Source: Patescibacteria group bacterium (GTDB lineage Bacteria; Patescibacteriota; Minisyncoccia; Phycocordibacterales; UBA9973). Taken from it: a stretch of DNA of 64,000 bases. The translations under genes and the position numbers were made by a program. Shown in pieces: positions 58,041 to 64,000 of the stretch; position 1 is the stretch's first letter, and every line of letters begins with the position of its first letter. The notes under the pieces were generated by a model. The model was not told the origin of the DNA, ran no database searches, and saw nothing but the letters and a program-made list of their open reading frames with translations. The stretch is from positions 102,719 to 166,718 of the forward strand of contig JBBTUE010000004.1 in assembly GCA_038063915.1 (NCBI GenBank), read 5' to 3'.

Positions 58041-59036
58041 ATGAGAAAAATTAGCTCGTTAACAATCGCAATCGTAGCCATGCTTACGATAATATCCTTT
58101 TGGTCTTGCACCAAAGAATGTGCTAACCAACCTACTAACTGTGTGGATACCCTCCGTAAAGTGGTAACGCCGGCATTTGCTGGACTTACTTCGGTGCAAA
58201 GTGGAACTACAAATGCTCCTATTGCATCATTTGATATTACGCCTTTATGCGAAAGTAAAAAGGTGACACAGCTCGTAGTTCAGCCGATGCTTACCGGGAT
58301 GGCTCCGACTGGCTCAAGCCTAATGAATGTATCTCTATACTACAAAGGGGTACAAATTGGCTCAACACGATCCTACGATGGGTTTACCCCGATTGTTTAT
58401 AATAATTTAGGCGGTCAGTTGATCCTTCTAAAGGATTCAATAAATACTTTGGTAGTCAAAGCAGATATATACATGACAAACGGTATACCATATAGTGCCG
58501 GAACGATTAAAGTAAAAATTTGGATTCCAGTAAGTGGGATGATAGGGTTTAGCTCTAACGTGAGCACTCAAGTTATTGATTTTCCAATCACTACAGGCCT
58601 ATCAGTAAACACTGATCTTATACTTATAGCAAAAAATCCTGCCTTGCCAAACACAACGACTTCTCCTAATACTGCCGGAGTGAAACAAGGTTCATTTGTC
58701 CTTCGTAATACGAATATGGTTGACCCGTTTCGTGTAACAAATATTGATGTTCGAATCAGCGGTACTACACCCTTGAATAATTTTACCAATATTAGAACTT
58801 CTGAAATGTCAGGGAATGGTGGCGTACCCATTGGAGTTGTACAGGCGTCGCAAATGTTTTCTGTTGATTTTATTTTACCACCTGGTACTTCTAAGGTGAT
58901 TGATATATTCTTTGATCAAGGTTCATTAACTGGTGGTACGGTCATTACCAGCATGAAGATTGGTTATCTTTCAACCACAACAAATGTCTTTTATAGCTCT
59001 GACTTAATAACCGGTCAGACTATGACAATAAATTAA
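58041..59036 (+). CDS. Lipoprotein-like exported beta-rich protein with two internal repeats
   Basis: Signal ending FWSCTKE; two similar Ig-like segments; TTGACT-17-TATAAT promoter at 57980-58008. Confidence 0.7.
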   Translation: MRKISSLTIAIVAMLTIISFWSCTKECANQPTNCVDTLRKVVTPAFAGLTSVQSGTTNAPIASFDITPLCESKKVTQLVVQPMLTGMAPTGSSLMNVSLYYKGVQIGSTRSYDGFTPIVYNNLGGQLILLKDSINTLVVKADIYMTNGIPYSAGTIKVKIWIPVSGMIGFSSNVSTQVIDFPITTGLSVNTDLILIAKNPALPNTTTSPNTAGVKQGSFVLRNTNMVDPFRVTNIDVRISGTTPLNNFTNIRTSEMSGNGGVPIGVVQASQMFSVDFILPPGTSKVIDIFFDQGSLTGGTVITSMKIGYLSTTTNVFYSSDLITGQTMTIN

Positions 59037-59055
59037 CTTACAAACCAATGTTTGT

Positions 59056-59087
59056 AAAAAACCATCCCTTTTACGGGGATGGTTTTT
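59056..59087. terminator. Bidirectional terminator
   Basis: AAAAACCATCCC..GGGATGGTTTTT. Confidence 0.78.
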
Positions 59088-60137
59088 CTACTCCTCATCT
59101 TGTGGTTTATCGAGAGTCATCGTCTCGATGTCTATCGGTACACCTGCAATACGCATGACGTCTTTGTCTACTTTTCTGAATTCGTGATTGGATTTATTAA
59201 AATGGTTCACAGTGGTTTCGAGCGCCGCGCCAAGCTTCTTGTGGTATTCTTCATATTTTTGTAGATGAGTGCCAAGTTCACCGACACGCTTAATTATCTC
59301 TTTCGCACCTTTTTCTATCTGTAGAGCATTTAATCCTTGAAGTACTGTCTGCAAATATGCAAGGAAAGAAGTAGGGGATACTATGATAACTTTGTATTTA
59401 CTCGCTGCGCGTTGAATCAGGTTCTCAGTATCTTCACCTTGTATCACGCCAATCTTATTTACAAGCAGATCATAGTAGATAGCCTCATGAGGTATGAACA
59501 TAAAAGCGAACTCCATAGTGTCATTTTCCGGCTGGATATATTTTGATGTCTCGACAATACGATTCTTCAGATCGTTCATGAATACTTTCTCCAGTCTTTC
59601 TTTTTCACCCTTATCATTAGTCTCGGATATTCGATTGTAATTCTCGAGAGAGAACTTCGAATCAATTGGGATGACTTTATCTTTTACAAATACTGCCGCG
59701 TCTACTATAGTCCCATCAGGGAATGGGTACTGCATTTGGTATGAGCCGGGAGGCATGACATTCTTCAATAATGTTTCTAAATAGTACTCACCAAGTATTC
59801 CTCGCTGTTTTGGATTCTTTAAAATATCCTGCAAGTTCTGAAGTTGGTCTGCAAAAGATACCACTTGCTTGTTGGTCTCATCCAATCGCGTAATCTTCTC
59901 CGTAATATCTGCCACAATGCGTGAAGTCTCGCTCGACTGATAGCGCATAGTCTGAGTCATTTCCTTCTGTGATTCACCCAATTTATGATCTAGTGTCCTT
60001 GATAGTTCGTTAATTTGCGCAAGCATAAGTTGCATGGCGCTGTCGTTACTTTCTATCGGCTTTTTTCGCAAGAAGAAAAACATACCTACAAAGAGTGCGA
60101 CTAGTAATATTATTATAATAATTAAAAGTATATTCAT
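59088..60137 (-). CDS. rmuC: DNA recombination protein RmuC
   Basis: TM helix, coiled coil, K.RG.LGE..L, IDSKF, KYI, FIP.E, VSPT. Confidence 0.9.
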   Translation of the reverse strand: MNILLIIIIILLVALFVGMFFFLRKKPIESNDSAMQLMLAQINELSRTLDHKLGESQKEMTQTMRYQSSETSRIVADITEKITRLDETNKQVVSFADQLQNLQDILKNPKQRGILGEYYLETLLKNVMPPGSYQMQYPFPDGTIVDAAVFVKDKVIPIDSKFSLENYNRISETNDKGEKERLEKVFMNDLKNRIVETSKYIQPENDTMEFAFMFIPHEAIYYDLLVNKIGVIQGEDTENLIQRAASKYKVIIVSPTSFLAYLQTVLQGLNALQIEKGAKEIIKRVGELGTHLQKYEEYHKKLGAALETTVNHFNKSNHEFRKVDKDVMRIAGVPIDIETMTLDKPQDEE

Positions 60138-60139
60138 AA

Positions 60140-60901
60140 TTATAATTTCCCTAAATGATATTTTAATGTATAAATCCAGTCTTCTTCGTTGTCAGGATTC
60201 AATTCTTTCTGTCCGAGCATCCAGTCTAAATATCCTGGATCAATATTTTTTACTTCTTCTATAGTCTTGCCATTGTATTTACCAAAAGGGAAGCTATTCA
60301 TTAGCGATGGCCTACTAGAAATTTCTATCATTTTTTCTATCGCTTCTTCCTCTGTAAGATTTTCTTCCCCGCCTGCAGAAGCTATGCCATCAGCATTGCG
60401 GGCAGGTTTCATTATCTTATCTAAAAGTCTTTTATACAGTTGCTCTAGCACAAGCACGTCACCAAGCGCATCATGAGCCTCAGCTTTGATTTCTATGTCC
60501 AAGTAGTAGCGTAAATATTGGAGCTTGTATTGAGGGATGACATTTTTTGTGTCGAGTGCTCTGGCTACGCGAAGGGTGCAGATAGTATGGGCCGGTGTAA
60601 TACCTTCCTTTTTTATAATTTCTTCATCAAATCGTGCATTGTGGGCGACCATGACAGCAGTTGGGTCTTCGAGCATTAGTTTTATCGCACCATAATTGCT
60701 ACTTTCTTGGAATGCTTTCTTATCTACGACATGCTTGTTCGTAATGTGTGTCACGGCGCTTGCCTCCGGTGGAATAGGGATAGGAGGTTTGAAAAGCTCA
60801 CAAAATGTTTCCTCGCTTGTCTTCCATGCCAGCTGACAAAGAAAATCTTTCACTGGTTCATTACCAGTCGTTTCAGTATCTAGGAATATAATCTTTTTCA
60901 T
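60140..60901 (-). CDS. DEDDh 3'-5' exonuclease (ExoX-like, with PFGKY C-terminal domain)
   Basis: DTETTG, AHNARFD, AHDALGD, FPFGKY.G..I.EV...DPGYL.W. Confidence 0.9.
   Translation of the reverse strand: MKKIIFLDTETTGNEPVKDFLCQLAWKTSEETFCELFKPPIPIPPEASAVTHITNKHVVDKKAFQESSNYGAIKLMLEDPTAVMVAHNARFDEEIIKKEGITPAHTICTLRVARALDTKNVIPQYKLQYLRYYLDIEIKAEAHDALGDVLVLEQLYKRLLDKIMKPARNADGIASAGGEENLTEEEAIEKMIEISSRPSLMNSFPFGKYNGKTIEEVKNIDPGYLDWMLGQKELNPDNEEDWIYTLKYHLGKL
60368..60406. repeat. 39-nt GC-rich palindromic element inserted in frame (PARNADGIASAGG)
   Basis: CCCGCCTGC...GCGGGCAGG; same ends as 23031-23048. Confidence 0.72.
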
Positions 60902-60928
60902 ATTACCTATTTTAACATAGAACGTTTC

Positions 60929-61030
60929 ATCAAAATAGCTCCTCTTGAAATGCACACATAATTTGAAGCTTCAAATTTGCTCTGCTCGGCTACCCGCCTG
61001 CGCAAGGCATTTCTCAAGGACTATTTTGAT
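60929..61030. mobile_element. MITE-like 102-bp element with imperfect terminal inverted repeats
   Basis: ATCAAAATAG..GAAATGC / GCATTTC..CTATTTTGAT; internal palindrome AATTTGAAGCTTCAAATT. Confidence 0.5.
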
Positions 61031-61056
61031 TACACTTTTTTTGCTATAATCAGTCT

Positions 61057-61509
61057 ATGTTACATGAAGAAATCAAGAATAATATAAAGGAAGCAATGAA
61101 GGCACGCGATACTGTCACACTCGAGGTCATGCGTGGACTCTCCACTGCTTTTACCAATGAGCTCGTCGCTACAGGCAAGACTCCGCAAGATATGCTACCC
61201 GATGAGCAAGCTCTCGCTGTCATTACTCGCATGTCTAAACAGCGCAAAGATTCTATAGATCAATTTACAAAAGGTGGCCGCATGGATTTGGTAGCTGAAG
61301 AGACGGCACAGCTGGCAGTCCTCGAAAAGTATCTACCAAAATTGATGGACAAGAGCGAAGTGGAAAGTATCGCAAAGGCAAAGAAGGATGAGCTAGGTAT
61401 TACAGATAGTACGAAGAAGGGTATGCTTATGTCGGCACTTATGAAAGATTTAAAAGGCAAGGCCGATGGCAATGTGGTCAAAGAAGTCGTTGATTCATTA
61501 TTTTCTTAA
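61057..61509 (+). CDS. yqeY: GatB/YqeY domain protein
   Basis: AMKARD, KQRKDSI.QF..GGR.DL, E..VL..YLP, G.ADG. Confidence 0.9.
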   Translation: MLHEEIKNNIKEAMKARDTVTLEVMRGLSTAFTNELVATGKTPQDMLPDEQALAVITRMSKQRKDSIDQFTKGGRMDLVAEETAQLAVLEKYLPKLMDKSEVESIAKAKKDELGITDSTKKGMLMSALMKDLKGKADGNVVKEVVDSLFS

Positions 61510-61520
61510 TTAAATCTCTT

Positions 61521-61865
61521 ATGAGAATTATTTTACATTGGATTATACTCTCGGTTGCCGTCTGGGCGACGACCCAAATAATCTCTGGGGTGACTGTTAG
61601 TCCTATTTGGGTGGCACTTATAGTAGGAGCCTGTCTGACACTTTTCAACATGTTCTTACGACCGATAATAAATATACTGACTCTACCTATAAATATGATT
61701 ACTCTTGGCCTATTTTCCCTAGTGGTAAATGGAATACTGTTTTGGTATTTAGGCACTATAATTCGAGGATTTTCTGTTACTACATTTACTGCTGCATTTA
61801 TAGGAGCATTACTAGTATCGATACTTAACTGGATTCTTACAAAATTATTCAACTTCAACTCGTAG
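61521..61865 (+). CDS. YvlD/phage-holin-family membrane protein
   Basis: N..LRPI..ILTLPI..ITLGLF..VVNG. Confidence 0.85.
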   Translation: MRIILHWIILSVAVWATTQIISGVTVSPIWVALIVGACLTLFNMFLRPIINILTLPINMITLGLFSLVVNGILFWYLGTIIRGFSVTTFTAAFIGALLVSILNWILTKLFNFNS

Positions 61866-61871
61866 CTTTAT

Positions 61872-62489
61872 ATGTTCACACTCAGTCATATCCAACATTT
61901 TGTCGAGCTGAATGCAAATATAGCCTATCTCTTAATATTCCTAGGCGTTATAATAGAAGGAGAAATAATTGTTGTCATTGCTGGCATATTTGCCCATTTG
62001 GGATCATTGAATATTTTCATCGCATTTATTGCTACTATGATAGGCGGAGGATCAAAATCAGTCATAGGCTATATAATCGGATATTATCTCCAGAAAAACC
62101 ATTCAGGTAAGCCAGTCCTAAGGTACGCTGAGCACCGGGTAAATTATTTCCTACCAAAGTTTGAAAAGAAACCGTTTTGGTCTATATTTCTTTCTCGTTT
62201 TTTGATACTCGGACTTCATTGGTTTACACTTCTTTTTGCGGGATACAAAAAGATAAGACTTCGTACATTTGCCGAAGCAGAGCTCGGGTCACTCCTTGTC
62301 TGGTCTACTTCGGTACTTGCACTCGGATACTTTTTCAGTTACACTGCGCTGTCGATAAGTCGCGACATCCGTAAATTTTTAATCATCATCTTACTATTCT
62401 TTATTGCTTTCTTTGTACTTGAACAGATAGTAGCTTTCATAATCGAACTATGGGAATCCAAAGGTGATAAAAATAATAAAAAAGAATAA
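61872..62489 (+). CDS. DedA family protein
   Basis: EGE...AG, IGY..G, SRF, AG. Confidence 0.82.
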   Translation: MFTLSHIQHFVELNANIAYLLIFLGVIIEGEIIVVIAGIFAHLGSLNIFIAFIATMIGGGSKSVIGYIIGYYLQKNHSGKPVLRYAEHRVNYFLPKFEKKPFWSIFLSRFLILGLHWFTLLFAGYKKIRLRTFAEAELGSLLVWSTSVLALGYFFSYTALSISRDIRKFLIIILLFFIAFFVLEQIVAFIIELWESKGDKNNKKE

Positions 62490-62490
62490 T

Positions 62491-63417
62491 ATGTCATTTT
62501 TAAAGAAAAAGAAAATATTAGTCACACACAATGGTTCTTTCCATGCAGATGATTTATTTGCTTGTGCTGTTTTGATTATATGGTTGAAAAAGAGTAATCA
62601 ATCGGTCAAAATAATTCGTACTCGTGATAAAGAAACAATAGACAAAGCTGACTACGTATTTGATGTTGGTGGTATATATGATCCAGTGTCTAATCGCTTT
62701 GACCATCATCAGAAAGAAGGAGCAGGTGCTCGTGCAAATGGCATACCATATGCTTCTTGTGGTCTTGCGTGGAAACATTTCGGACTAGATACTTGTGATA
62801 ACAATATGGAAGTATGGAATCTTATTGACCGCAAGATATTTTCATCTCTTGATGCCATAGACAATGGTGTCGATATTATCTCACCAAAATTTAAAGACGT
62901 TATGCCTTATTCAGCTGATCAACCTTTTTTAATTTACTCGCCAACATGGGAGGAGATTGGTATTAATGAGGATTTGATTTTTAAACAGCAAGTCATGAAA
63001 GTTGTAGAAGTATTGGAAAGAGAGATTTATGTCGCCCTTACAGATCATCGTGGTAAGCAATTAATCAATGAGGCGTATACGAAGGCAACAGATAAAAGAA
63101 TTATCGAAGTCGCAAATGATTTCCCTAGGTACTTATTCCAGGATACCTTATCTCTGTTACCTGAACCAATTTATTTTATTTATCCAAGTGGGCATAGTTC
63201 ATCGTGGAAAGTTGAAGCAATTAGGAAGAACTCTGAAACATTTGAAAGTAGAAAAATGTTCCCTGAATCTTGGCGAGGATTACTCGATCGAGATCCCAAA
63301 CTTGTTGAACTTACTGGGGTACCAGACGTTAATTTTTGTCATAGAGGTGGTTTTTATATGACGGTAGACTCAAAAGAAGGGGCGATCGCCCTTGCTAAAA
63401 AGGCACTGCTCGCGTAG
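62491..63417 (+). CDS. MYG1 family exonuclease-like protein
   Basis: THNGSFHADD, RTRD, DVGG.YD, FDHHQ, DAIDNG, P..WRG, FCH. Confidence 0.92.
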   Translation: MSFLKKKKILVTHNGSFHADDLFACAVLIIWLKKSNQSVKIIRTRDKETIDKADYVFDVGGIYDPVSNRFDHHQKEGAGARANGIPYASCGLAWKHFGLDTCDNNMEVWNLIDRKIFSSLDAIDNGVDIISPKFKDVMPYSADQPFLIYSPTWEEIGINEDLIFKQQVMKVVEVLEREIYVALTDHRGKQLINEAYTKATDKRIIEVANDFPRYLFQDTLSLLPEPIYFIYPSGHSSSWKVEAIRKNSETFESRKMFPESWRGLLDRDPKLVELTGVPDVNFCHRGGFYMTVDSKEGAIALAKKALLA

Positions 63418-63426
63418 AGTAAAATT

Positions 63427-64000
63427 ATGTTCATAGATGAAATAAAATTTCATGCGCAGGCTGGCCACGGCGGAGACGGGGTTGTTCGTTGGCGCCGGGA
63501 AAAGTTTATCGACAAAGGTGGTCCAAATGGTGGGGATGGGGGCCGTGGGGGCAGTATTTTTGCAGTTGCGGTTTCCGACATCCACTTGCTTTCAAAATAT
63601 AAACACAAAAAGGAATTCGCTGGTTTTAACGGCGAAGCCGGTATGGGAGGAAGTAAACATGGTAAACATCGCAAGGATTTAATCATAGAGCTACCAGTGG
63701 GGTCCATCATTACTAGTGTAGAGAGTGGAGCATCTATCTCGCTTGATGAAGTAGGGCAGAAGGAATTACTTTTGAAGGGTGGCCTTGGTGGCTGGGGTAA
63801 CGAACAATTTAAAACTTCTATCAATACAACTCCAACTAAGGCAACTAAAGGTAAACTTGGCGAGCAAGGTCACTTCAAGATAGAGCTTGAACTTTTTGCT
63901 GACATCGGCTTGATAGGACTACCAAATGCTGGGAAATCTTCATTACTTAATGCTGTGACGAATGCGCAGGCAAAAGTGGGTAATTATGAATTCACGACAC
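63427..64000 (+). CDS. obg: GTPase Obg/CgtA, partial (runs off window end)
   Basis: Manual translation MFIDE..AGHGGDG..WRREKF..KGGPNGGDGGRGG ... ADIGLIGLPNAGKSS, NYEFTT. Confidence 0.95.
   Translation, partial: MFIDEIKFHAQAGHGGDGVVRWRREKFIDKGGPNGGDGGRGGSIFAVAVSDIHLLSKYKHKKEFAGFNGEAGMGGSKHGKHRKDLIIELPVGSIITSVESGASISLDEVGQKELLLKGGLGGWGNEQFKTSINTTPTKATKGKLGEQGHFKIELELFADIGLIGLPNAGKSSLLNAVTNAQAKVGNYEFTT

Noticed and set aside
61521-61865. Holin as evidence of a prophage
   Set aside because: YvlD-type membrane protein among housekeeping genes; no phage genes nearby
1-64000. Alternative genetic code (UGA=Gly or global amber recoding)
   Set aside because: Conserved genes are intact under code 11 and end properly at TGA (dut) and TAG (glyA, ileS, serS)

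Overview
AT-rich, gene-dense 64 kb chromosomal segment that looks like a Patescibacteria/CPR (Parcubacteria, Nomurabacteria-like) genome. This is inferred from gene content, short IF-2/RSH proteins and typical surface proteins; genetic code 11. It is mostly housekeeping: a folA-thyA-deaminase-glyA-NUDIX-tmk-dut nucleotide cluster, five aminoacyl-tRNA synthetases, rpsF-ssb-rpsR, rnj, secG, rbfA-infB, clpB, parB, an RSH, topA, dprA, dnaX, rmuC, obg and four tRNAs (Leu, Cys, Tyr, Gln). Self-contained orphan cassettes are interspersed, with a variable region at about 51.3-59.1 kb. No CRISPR array, rRNA, transposase or prophage was seen. Main observations: (1) the ThyA has Asp at the dUMP-specificity Asn177 position, the dCMP-(hydroxy)methylase signature, and is clustered with DHFR, SHMT and a dCMP-deaminase-like gene, suggesting a dUMP-independent dCMP->5m-dCMP->dTMP route; (2) a homologue of eukaryotic PHPT1/Janus phosphohistidine phosphatase with an amber codon at position 3; (3) tiny GC-rich palindromic elements inserted in frame into proteins, with one filled/empty site pair; (4) pervasive -10 boxes 6-7 nt before ATGs, suggesting leaderless mRNAs; (5) a structured rpsF leader RNA, a duplicated promoter and a direct-repeat-bounded cassette.
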